Below are positions 56,363 through 64,000 of a DNA stretch of 64,000 bases, one piece after another. The notes beneath the pieces are model-generated. The model was not told the DNA's origin, did not search any database, and worked only from the letters and a program-made list of their open reading frames with translations. The stretch is from Anaerolineae bacterium (GTDB taxonomy: Bacteria; Chloroflexota; Anaerolineae; S140-20). Position 1 is the first letter of the stretch. Each line of letters begins with the position of its first letter. The stretch covers positions 32,001 through 96,000 of the forward strand of contig JALUTT010000048.1 in the NCBI GenBank assembly GCA_027021705.1, read 5' to 3'. The position numbers and the translations under genes were made by a program.

Positions 56363-58027
56363 ATGGGCAAGAATCACTTTTGGCTGAAGTGCCCGCAATG
56401 CGGCCATCGTTTCCTCTACAAAGGGCTCGTAACAGCCTGCCCTCGTTGCAGCCACGCCTGGCTGGACGTCGAGTACGATTACGACGCTCTGGCCCCCCGT
56501 CTGCGCCAACTGTTGGAGAGCCGCCCCTTTACCAGCATGTGGCGGTATCGGGAACTGCTCCCGGTGCTCCACGACGAGAACATCGTGACGATGGGGGAAG
56601 GCGGAACACCGCTGCTCCACAGCCAGCATCTGGGAATGATGCTAGGGCATCCCTACATCTACGTGAAGGACGAACGGCAGGGACCGACGGGCTCCTTTAA
56701 GGATCGTCAGGCTTCCCTGGCTATCTCCCTTATGAAGGAGAACGGGATCACAGAGGGTGTATTGGCTTCGACGGGCAATGTTGCCATCTCCTACTCCGCC
56801 TACTCAGCCCTGGCCGGCATCAAGCTCTGGGCCTTTGTCACCAGCACGGTGCCGGCCGACAAGATGCGCGAGGTTGCCCTCTATGGCACGGAGGTGATCA
56901 AGGTTACGGCGACCTACGATCAGACCAAGGAAGTGGCGGCCCGCTTTGCTCAGCACAAAGGGCTCTACCTGGATCGAGGCATCCGCGCTTTTGCCAGCCG
57001 ACAAAGTATGAAGACCATCGCCTACGAGATCGCTGAGCAGTTGGGCTGGCGGGCCCCCGACTGGTACATCCAGGCCGTCAGCGGGGGCCTCGGCCCTGTC
57101 GGCGTCTGGCAGGGCTTCGAGGAACTCTACCGGATGGGGCTGATCCCCAACCTGCCCAAGCTGGCCAGCATCCAGGTGACCGGCTGCGCCCCGATGGTCC
57201 ATTCCTTCCGCAAGGGGCTGGCCGAGGTGGAGCCCGTGCTCAACCCGCAGACCCTCATCGCTACGGTGGCGACGGGTAATCCAGGACCGGCCTATCCCTT
57301 CCTGCGGCGCGTCGTGCTGGAGCACGGAGGGGCCTTCGAAGAGGTCACCGACGAAGAAGCGTTCCGGGCGATGCGGGTGATGGCCCGAATGGAAGGGCTT
57401 TCTATGGAACCGGCTGCCGCTATGGCTTTCGCCGGTCTCTTCAAGCTGATCCAGAAGGGGATCATCCGTAAGGATGAGATCGTCGTCGTCAACTGCTCGG
57501 GTCACACCTTTCCCGTGGAGAAGCACCTGCTGGACGAGGAGTGGGTCCACAGCCTGGAACTGCCCTCGGAAATGGTCGCCGAGCCAGGGCCGGCTGTTCT
57601 AAAGGAAGAGGGGCTTCTGGCCTCGCTGGAACGGCTGGACGACCGGGTGCGGAGTGTGGCCATCATTGACGATGAGCCCGATGCCGTCCGCCTGCTGCGG
57701 CGGATCATCCAGGCCAAAGGCGGCTACCAGATCTACGAAGCCTATGATGGTCGCCAGGGCCTCCAGCTCATCCGCGAGAAGCGGCCTGACCTGGTGCTGC
57801 TGGACCTGATGATGCCGGGGATGGACGGCTTTGCCGTCCTGACGGCGATGAAGGAGGACCCTCAGATCGCGACCATCCCGGTGATCGTCATCACGGCCAA
57901 GGACCTGACCACTCAGGAACGGCGTTGGTTAAGCGGGAAGGTGGAGTCCCTGCTGCAGAAAGGATCCTACATGGACCTGGATGCCCTGGATGCGCTGGTT
58001 GGCGAGCTCTCGACGGCGGTAGGCTGA
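56363..58027 (+). CDS. Threonine-synthase-like PLP enzyme fused to a C-terminal receiver domain
   Basis: CxxC...CxxC, SMWRYRELLP, MGEGGTPL, PTGSFKDR, ASTGN, SGGLG; then IIDDEPD...PDLVLLDLMMP...VITAK. Confidence 0.9.
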   Translation: MGKNHFWLKCPQCGHRFLYKGLVTACPRCSHAWLDVEYDYDALAPRLRQLLESRPFTSMWRYRELLPVLHDENIVTMGEGGTPLLHSQHLGMMLGHPYIYVKDERQGPTGSFKDRQASLAISLMKENGITEGVLASTGNVAISYSAYSALAGIKLWAFVTSTVPADKMREVALYGTEVIKVTATYDQTKEVAARFAQHKGLYLDRGIRAFASRQSMKTIAYEIAEQLGWRAPDWYIQAVSGGLGPVGVWQGFEELYRMGLIPNLPKLASIQVTGCAPMVHSFRKGLAEVEPVLNPQTLIATVATGNPGPAYPFLRRVVLEHGGAFEEVTDEEAFRAMRVMARMEGLSMEPAAAMAFAGLFKLIQKGIIRKDEIVVVNCSGHTFPVEKHLLDEEWVHSLELPSEMVAEPGPAVLKEEGLLASLERLDDRVRSVAIIDDEPDAVRLLRRIIQAKGGYQIYEAYDGRQGLQLIREKRPDLVLLDLMMPGMDGFAVLTAMKEDPQIATIPVIVITAKDLTTQERRWLSGKVESLLQKGSYMDLDALDALVGELSTAVG

Positions 58028-58053
58028 GCCCGGAGAGACGGCACGGTAGAACG

Positions 58054-58137
58054 CGGGGTAGTGGCTCATCTCCATCGGACAGTCAGCGGGGTTGGTTCCC
58101 CCGGCCGATGGGATGGGCCGACTACCCCGTTGTTCTT
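58054..58137 (+). terminator. Long GC-rich hairpin ending the signalling cluster, possible terminator
   Basis: CGGGGTAGT-GGCTCATCTCCATCGG...CCGATGGGATGGGCCG-ACTACCCCG followed by TTGTTCTT. Confidence 0.5.
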
Positions 58138-58140
58138 GCC

Positions 58141-58169
58141 TTGACACTCCTCGCTTCTTCCCTTACAAT
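58141..58169 (+). promoter_or_regulatory. sigma70-type promoter of the R-M operon
   Basis: TTGACA-17 bp-TACAAT. Confidence 0.8.
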
Positions 58170-58220
58170 TCCATCGGCTGCAGGGAGCCCTTCCAGGGCC
58201 GATGAAGCAGGAGGTTCCTA

Positions 58221-59573
58221 GTGTCTACCGTGATTCAACGGTTTGCGGAACAATCAGCTACCCAGGGTGCAACCCAAGCCCGTGAGGCGCTTGAGGCACG
58301 TTATCTCCCCTACTTTGAGGAACGGCTACGCTTGCGTCAGTTGGTTACCTATGTGCCCAATAAAACTGCGCCCATTCATCGGTGGTTCCAGTACAAAGAG
58401 GGTTTCTCTTTCCGGCTTGTCGAGCTCTTTCTACGCGAGTTCAAGGCGGACCCGGACCGCTATCGGGTCTTTGATCCCTTCGTCGGTTGCGGCACAACCC
58501 CTTTGGTTGCCAAGCAGATGGGCTTCGGAGCGTGGGGTATTGACATCCTGCCGGTAGCCGTTTTCGTCGCCCGGGTGAAGCTCCGTGGCTCAGAGATGTA
58601 CGATCTGTCCCGCTTGCGATCGGAGATCGAGCGGCTGTTGTCCACGCCTTTCCATCCCCCTGCTCTCTCTGCCCCCCAAGACATACAGATTATCCGGTTA
58701 GCCTACGACCCTGCGATCCTTGAAGAGATTCTCTTTTTCAAGGAGGAAATCCTGCGGGTTGAAGATGAGACGCTCCGGGAGTTCCTGCTGCTGGGGCTTA
58801 TGAGCATTCTTGAGAAGGTGAGTTACACCAGCAAAGATGGTCAGTATCTGCGACTACGGCGGGATAAGGAGATACCCGCCGTGCGGGATGTCCTGCGCTC
58901 TCAGTTGGAGATGATGTACGATGATCTGGCCGGCCGACCAGCGCAATTGGAATTCCCCGGCTTTAGGGTGGGAAGGGCTGACGGTCGTGGTGGTAAACGA
59001 TGTTACGTCGCTCAAGCGGATGCTCGCTCCTTTGCCGATGCATTTGACGACTATGCCGACATCATTATCACCTCTCCGCCCTACCTCAATCGCTACGATT
59101 ACAGCCGCATCTACAGCTTGGAGTTGTGCTTACAGTTTGTCAATGAGTTTGAGGAATTAAAGCGGGTGCGTCATAGCCTTTTGCGATCCCACATTGAGTC
59201 CCGCAAACCGCCGACCGACGATGTCCATCACCCGGCTTTGGTGGAGATACTGGACAACTTGGCAGGACAGGACCTGAACAACCCGCGTATCCCGGTGATG
59301 ATCAAAGGGTACTTTGAAGATATGAACCAGGTACTGGGGCAACTGGCTCAGGTATGCCGCTCGGGGGCACGGGTGGCGTTGGTCGTCGCCAATGCTCGGT
59401 TCCACGGCGAGCTCATCCCCGTTGACCTCTTGCTCTCTGATTTGGCGAGGGAGAACGGATTTGAGGTCGAGCGCGTCATCATCACACGCTACAAGGGCAA
59501 CTCCAGCCAGCAGATGGGACGTTTCGGTCGCGTGGCAGTGCGAGAGAGCATCCTCATTTGGAGGCGAGCTTAG
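58221..59573 (+). CDS. Site-specific DNA methyltransferase, N4-cytosine type
   Basis: PIHRWFQYKEGFS, motif I FDPFVGCGTT before motif IV TSPPY; AGGAGG RBS. Confidence 0.9.
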   Translation: MSTVIQRFAEQSATQGATQAREALEARYLPYFEERLRLRQLVTYVPNKTAPIHRWFQYKEGFSFRLVELFLREFKADPDRYRVFDPFVGCGTTPLVAKQMGFGAWGIDILPVAVFVARVKLRGSEMYDLSRLRSEIERLLSTPFHPPALSAPQDIQIIRLAYDPAILEEILFFKEEILRVEDETLREFLLLGLMSILEKVSYTSKDGQYLRLRRDKEIPAVRDVLRSQLEMMYDDLAGRPAQLEFPGFRVGRADGRGGKRCYVAQADARSFADAFDDYADIIITSPPYLNRYDYSRIYSLELCLQFVNEFEELKRVRHSLLRSHIESRKPPTDDVHHPALVEILDNLAGQDLNNPRIPVMIKGYFEDMNQVLGQLAQVCRSGARVALVVANARFHGELIPVDLLLSDLARENGFEVERVIITRYKGNSSQQMGRFGRVAVRESILIWRRA

Positions 59574-59576
59574 ACG

Positions 59577-60818
59577 ATGGCTCGACGTCGCCACAGGAAG
59601 CGGATTGCTGAGCAGCAAACCGGCTATCTGGCAGAGCAACCGCTGCCATCCTTTGCCAGTACCCCCGACGAGATCCAGCGTGCGGTAGAGCGCAACTCCA
59701 TCAAGCGTGGCCTTTTCTTCATCCAAAACCTGGTGAGCCTGAATTTCTCCGCCCTCATCCGGCGCGTTGAGCAGCTCGCCCGGGAGTACGATAAAGAGGA
59801 ATGGGCCGAGAAGGCGTCTTGGCTCTGGATTGAGACCGATGCCCTGAAGGCACTGGACGCCTGTCAGCCCCCTGTGCCCTACCCCTGCTACTTCTGCACG
59901 CCTGATATCCTGATCCAGCATCCAGAGCTCGTGATGTACTATCGCAACGTGGCGATGGTCTCGCGAAAGGTGATGAACGACATGGGGCTGAGCACTAGCA
60001 TGTATGAGGCTGGTCAGGTGCCACCCCCAGACGTCGCGCTCGATCTGGCCCGGCATTTCAACCGCATGATCAGTGCCCTGGTGGTCACCAACCCCGTGAC
60101 GCCTCGGCGTCACCTGGAGATGGCCTACGCCAATCTGGGCGCAAGCTTCGATGGTTCCTGGCGCAACGAGGTAGGCAGACTGGCCTATGTTGAGGTCATC
60201 ACGCCTCTGCTGCTCCACCTGCACAGTCTGGGCCATCTGCACAGCGTGGTCTACACCCTCAAGGGGCCGGTCTTCGCGTCCGGCGGTGAGACTCTCCATT
60301 CCCGTGCGTCTCAAGAGTTGATCGTGGACGAGCAGACCGATCTGGAGGTAGCGCTGAGGCATCTGGAGGAGCAGCGGGTGGTATACCGGGAGGTCCGGCT
60401 GCGGAACGGGAACCGCCTTCTCCTAAATCGCCAAATCACCTGGTACGGTGCCGATGGCGAAGCCTACCGGATCGGCCCCGATTTGCTCTCGTCGGGCGAC
60501 GGGGCAGACATCTTGTGGGGAGGCGAATTGAAGGGCGGAGCTGACCCCGCCGGCTCGGATGAGCACTGGAAGACCGCGACGCGAACTTTCGAGCGGATCC
60601 TGTTGGCCTGCGAACGCACAGGTCGTCCAAAGCCACCTCTTTCATTCATTGCGACCATTCTGGTCGAGCGGGTGGCACGCGAGGCTGCCGACTGGTTGAA
60701 AGAGGGTAAGTTGGTCTCGGTGTACAACCTCACACAAATCGCCGAGGATCCTGCCAAACAGCAGCAGTTCCTGAATGACCTCACCACGTTCCTTGGCTAT
60801 CCGGCCCCCGCCGGATAG
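59577..60818 (+). CDS. Type II restriction endonuclease (XcyI / AvaI-BsoBI-like)
   Basis: Starts 3 bp after the MTase; GSWRNEVG, PDLL, GELKGGADPAGSDEHWKTA. Confidence 0.8.
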   Translation: MARRRHRKRIAEQQTGYLAEQPLPSFASTPDEIQRAVERNSIKRGLFFIQNLVSLNFSALIRRVEQLAREYDKEEWAEKASWLWIETDALKALDACQPPVPYPCYFCTPDILIQHPELVMYYRNVAMVSRKVMNDMGLSTSMYEAGQVPPPDVALDLARHFNRMISALVVTNPVTPRRHLEMAYANLGASFDGSWRNEVGRLAYVEVITPLLLHLHSLGHLHSVVYTLKGPVFASGGETLHSRASQELIVDEQTDLEVALRHLEEQRVVYREVRLRNGNRLLLNRQITWYGADGEAYRIGPDLLSSGDGADILWGGELKGGADPAGSDEHWKTATRTFERILLACERTGRPKPPLSFIATILVERVAREAADWLKEGKLVSVYNLTQIAEDPAKQQQFLNDLTTFLGYPAPAG

Positions 60819-60854
60819 CCCTGTATCGGCTGACATCGTTTGCCAGGAGGTAAC

Positions 60855-60975
60855 TGTTCACCCTCCCGCAGGTTAGGCGCGTTTCCGACGCGAAACCGTG
60901 CTCAAATAGCCCATCGGGGCCGAAATCGCCCTCGACCGGTGACCTGCGGGAGGGCAGGCTGAATGGATACGCTAG
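60855..60975 (+). repeat. ~120-bp palindromic interspersed element, copy 3
   Basis: Near-identical to 1595-1716, including the terminal GATACGCTAG. Confidence 0.9.
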
Positions 60976-60983
60976 GAGGTCCT

Positions 60984-62750
60984 ATGCACCGCATCCATCG
61001 CCACCTTTTTATCCTGCTGGTTGTCCCGTTTCTCCTCGCCGCCTGCGCCCGGCCCACCCCCGAGACCCGGGTGGAAGTCGTCAAAGAAACGGTGATCGTT
61101 ACCCGCGTGGTGCGGGAGACCGTTGAGGTAACCCGGCGGGTGGATGTCACCACGACGCCGCTCCCGGCCCCTTCTAAGGTCACCCTGGACCTGAACTTCG
61201 GGGCCGACGTGACCACGCTGGACCCCCAAACGGCCGAGGACCCCGATTCCATTGACGTGATCGAGAACCTCTTCGTGGGGCTGACCCGCTACAACCCAGA
61301 GACGGGCAGGGTGGAGCCGGCCCTGGCCGACAGTTGGGACATCTCCGACGACGGCCTTACCTGGACCTTCCGTCTGCGGGACGATGTGACCTGGGTGCGC
61401 TACAATCCGGTGGACGATGCCGTCGAGCAGATCCGCCCTGTGGTCGCCGCTGACTTCTTGAACGGCCTGCGTCGCCTCTGTCACCCGACCAATACCTCCT
61501 ACTACGCCGGCGTGGTTGCTCCCTTCATCAAGGGTTGTCAGTCGCTGCGCGATAAGGCCCCGGCGGAGTTCCGGGAGGAAGATTGGGACCTGCTGGGCGT
61601 GGAGGCCCCTGAGGACAACCTCCTGGTCATCGAACTGGAAGTCCCCTTCTCCCCCTTCCTCTCGGTGCTGACGATGTGGCCCCTGCGCCCCATCCCCCAG
61701 GAGGTGATAGACCGCTTTGGCGAGCGCTGGATTGAGCCGGGCGTCATCCTGACCAACGGCCCCTTCCTGCTCCGCCAGTGGGTGCACGGGACCCGGATGA
61801 CGCTGGAGCGCAACCCCTTCTGGCCGGCCGACTGGCCGGGCAACGTGGAGGTGGTTCAGATCTACTTCCACGATCCGGTCACGGCGGCTGCTTGGTGGCA
61901 GGAGGGCCGGCTGGACCTCCTGGCAACGGATCAGGTGGGAACGCCTGATCTGGTGGCGACGCCGACGGCTTTCTTCTTCGCCTTTGCCTACGACAAGGAA
62001 CCCTTCGACAACGTCGGAGTCCGGCGGGCCTTCTCGGCCGCGCTGGACCGGGAGGCGCTGGTCCGGGAGGCTCTGAAGGGAGCCGGTCTGCCCATGCGCC
62101 ACCTCACTCCCCCCGGGCTCTTCGGTGCTCCCCCCCGCGACGAGGTAGGCGTGGGCTTCGACCCCCAGTTGGCCCGCAAGGCGCTGGAGGAGGCCGGCTA
62201 CCCCGACTGCCAGGAATTCCCCCAGGTCACCCTCGCGGTGCTGAAGGACTCTCCCTCCTGGGCAGCGGCCGTGGAGTTCGCCATCGCCCGCTGGCAAGAG
62301 GTGCTGGGCTGCCCTGCCGACCGGTTCCAGGTCGTGTCCCAGGACTGGGACACCCTGTTGACCATGGTCTCACCCGACGCGGAGACCGAGGCCCGTCCCC
62401 ACCTGTGGACCTACGGCTGGGAGGCCGACTACCCCGACGCCAACAACTGGCTGGGCGACCTGCTCTGGTGCGAGGTGCCGGTCAACCAGCTCAAGCGGCC
62501 CTGTGAGGAGACGGACGACCTGATCGTCCAGGCGCGGGTGGAGCGAGACCCGGACAAGCGGCTGGAGCTCTATCGGCAGATCGAGGAGCAGTTCTTCGGA
62601 CCCGAGGGGGAGTTCCCCATCATCCCCCTCTGGGTGGGCGTCCAACCGGTGGCCCGGCAGTCCTGGCTGACCTACTCCCCGGCCGTCTTCGGTGGGGAGC
62701 GGTACGACCTCTACCGGCTGGACTGGAAGGCCAAGCTGGCGGGGCCTTAG
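60984..62750 (+). CDS. Peptide ABC transporter substrate-binding lipoprotein (OppA / family 5)
   Basis: Lipobox LAAC, TLDPQ, NLFVGLT, PALADSWDISDDGLTWTFRLR, TNGPF, PFDNVGVRRAFS, WEADYPDANNWL. Confidence 0.92.
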   Translation: MHRIHRHLFILLVVPFLLAACARPTPETRVEVVKETVIVTRVVRETVEVTRRVDVTTTPLPAPSKVTLDLNFGADVTTLDPQTAEDPDSIDVIENLFVGLTRYNPETGRVEPALADSWDISDDGLTWTFRLRDDVTWVRYNPVDDAVEQIRPVVAADFLNGLRRLCHPTNTSYYAGVVAPFIKGCQSLRDKAPAEFREEDWDLLGVEAPEDNLLVIELEVPFSPFLSVLTMWPLRPIPQEVIDRFGERWIEPGVILTNGPFLLRQWVHGTRMTLERNPFWPADWPGNVEVVQIYFHDPVTAAAWWQEGRLDLLATDQVGTPDLVATPTAFFFAFAYDKEPFDNVGVRRAFSAALDREALVREALKGAGLPMRHLTPPGLFGAPPRDEVGVGFDPQLARKALEEAGYPDCQEFPQVTLAVLKDSPSWAAAVEFAIARWQEVLGCPADRFQVVSQDWDTLLTMVSPDAETEARPHLWTYGWEADYPDANNWLGDLLWCEVPVNQLKRPCEETDDLIVQARVERDPDKRLELYRQIEEQFFGPEGEFPIIPLWVGVQPVARQSWLTYSPAVFGGERYDLYRLDWKAKLAGP

Positions 62751-62768
62751 TGCATAGGGAAGGAGGAT

Positions 62769-63380
62769 ATGGGCAGGCGTAGACGTCCTCCCATTCCGGT
62801 GACGCTGGTCTTACCAGCCGAGCCGCCGACCCAGGAGGAGATTGATGCCATCTTGATGGCCGCCGACGCCATCGTTGGCCAGGCAGGCCGGAGCGGACTG
62901 GTGCTCATCCTCAACGGGTCACGTAGCAAGAAGGTGCGGGAATGGGAGTGGGATAAGCTGCCGGACTACGGGGTGCTCAAACACCTGACGGCTGAGCAGA
63001 TCGCCCGCAAGGTGGATTGGTGCATCCACCACCGCTGGCTCCGGCTGGAACACAATCCCAACGGCATCCCCTTGCTCTACCACTCGGCGAAGGGGTGGGA
63101 ACAGGTCAAACGTCTCTGGGTGAAGCGACTGCTGGGGTGGTTTGGGGCCTGGCAGGAGGCCGGTCAGCCCAAAAAGGTCTGGCCTCGCCTAGAGACCATC
63201 CACCGGGAGATCAAGCTGATGCTCCTGGCCGCTATCCGGGATCAAGAACGGCACGATCTCGTTCCCGTCCTTCGGGCCTGGTTTCCCCACGAGGTGCGGG
63301 CGGTGCGCAAGGCGATCAACCGGACCCTGCAGGACTTGGGGTATCAGCCCCTTCTCCATCCCCGTTCGAAGCGGCGGTAA
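62769..63380 (+). CDS. Stand-alone RQC-like winged-helix protein
   Basis: AILMAADAIVGQAGRSGLVLILNGSRSKK...YGVLKHLT...VDWCI resembles the RecQ RQC domain; GGAGGA RBS. Confidence 0.7.
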   Translation: MGRRRRPPIPVTLVLPAEPPTQEEIDAILMAADAIVGQAGRSGLVLILNGSRSKKVREWEWDKLPDYGVLKHLTAEQIARKVDWCIHHRWLRLEHNPNGIPLLYHSAKGWEQVKRLWVKRLLGWFGAWQEAGQPKKVWPRLETIHREIKLMLLAAIRDQERHDLVPVLRAWFPHEVRAVRKAINRTLQDLGYQPLLHPRSKRR

Positions 63381-64000
63381 CGGCGATGGCCTCGCGGTAG
63401 ACGGCGACGATCTCGGCGGTCTTGTGGGCCCAGGTCTGGTCGGCCACGGCGTCGGCGATGCGCCGGCGCTCGGCCATGGTGACCGGTCGGTGGAGCATCC
63501 GCAGGACCGCCTCGGCCAGTTCCCGACTGAAGGGCTCCTCGTCCTGGGGCAAGGGCTTCCCCCTCGCGTCCACGGCAATAGGGCGCACCAGCTCGGCCAG
63601 GCCGGCGGCCCGCAGCTCCGCCGGCACGAAGGTCGGCGGCCCGCCTCGGTCCGTGGCGATCACCCGCAGCCCTGAGGCCAGCGCTTCGATGAGCACCAGC
63701 CCGAAGGGCTCCTCCACCGAGGGCAGGACGAAGAGGTCGGCCACGTTCATCAGCCGGCTCACATCCTCGTAGCGGGCCTTGCCCGGCAGCAGCACCTCCC
63801 CTTCCAGCCCCAGCCTGTGCACCAGCGCCTCCAGCCGCGCCCGTGCCTCCGGCGGTCCCTCCCCCACGATCAGCGTCGCCACCGGTTCGGGGAAGGCCCG
63901 GTGGTAGTGGGCCGCCGCCCGGATGAGGTAGGGCAGCCCCTTGTAGTCGGCGAACTTGCTGACGCAGAGGACGATCCGGGCCTTGGGATTGGGCAGCCGG
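63316..64000 (-). CDS. GT4 glycosyltransferase, 5' end outside window
   Basis: VLCVSKFADYKG, ADLFVLPSVEEPFGLVLIEALASG, ATDRGGP. Confidence 0.88.
   Translation of the reverse strand, partial: RLPNPKARIVLCVSKFADYKGLPYLIRAAAHYHRAFPEPVATLIVGEGPPEARARLEALVHRLGLEGEVLLPGKARYEDVSRLMNVADLFVLPSVEEPFGLVLIEALASGLRVIATDRGGPPTFVPAELRAAGLAELVRPIAVDARGKPLPQDEEPFSRELAEAVLRMLHRPVTMAERRRIADAVADQTWAHKTAEIVAVYREAIAVTAASNGDGEGADTPSPAGSG

Noticed and set aside
14576..58027. Canonical chemotaxis (che) operon
   Set aside because: No MCP signalling domain, CheA, CheW, CheR or CheB motif was recognised.

Overview
High-GC bacterial chromosomal DNA. Gene content (multi-GAF membrane proteins, DUF4058, Pro/Thr-linker lipoproteins, no outer-membrane genes seen) suggests Chloroflexota, probably Anaerolineae; this is inference. 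1-14.3 kb: housekeeping genes (OmpR-type regulator, recO, cdd, CNNM/HlyC, glmU, esterase, yjjX, thiI), a UPF0175/PIN pair and an arsR-ino1-patA-pimA-pgsA-like phosphatidylinositol/mannoside cluster. 14.3-58.0 kb: one co-directional signalling super-cluster. It has two stand-alone receivers, a membrane histidine kinase, a ParA ATPase and ten kinase-less multi-GAF proteins that carry different input domains but share a GAF core and C-terminal tail. It also has an orphan solute-binding protein, an embedded Rv3378c/Rv3377c-like diterpene synthase pair, a ~2600-aa hybrid kinase and a threonine-synthase-receiver fusion. The layout resembles a chemosensory array built from GAF modules, possibly with its own diterpenoid signal. 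58-64 kb: type II R-M pair, peptide-binding lipoprotein, RQC-like protein, partial glycosyltransferase. Several small palindromic and tandem repeat families lie between genes. No rRNA, tRNA, CRISPR array or transposase was recognised. All calls come from reading motifs by eye; no searches were run.
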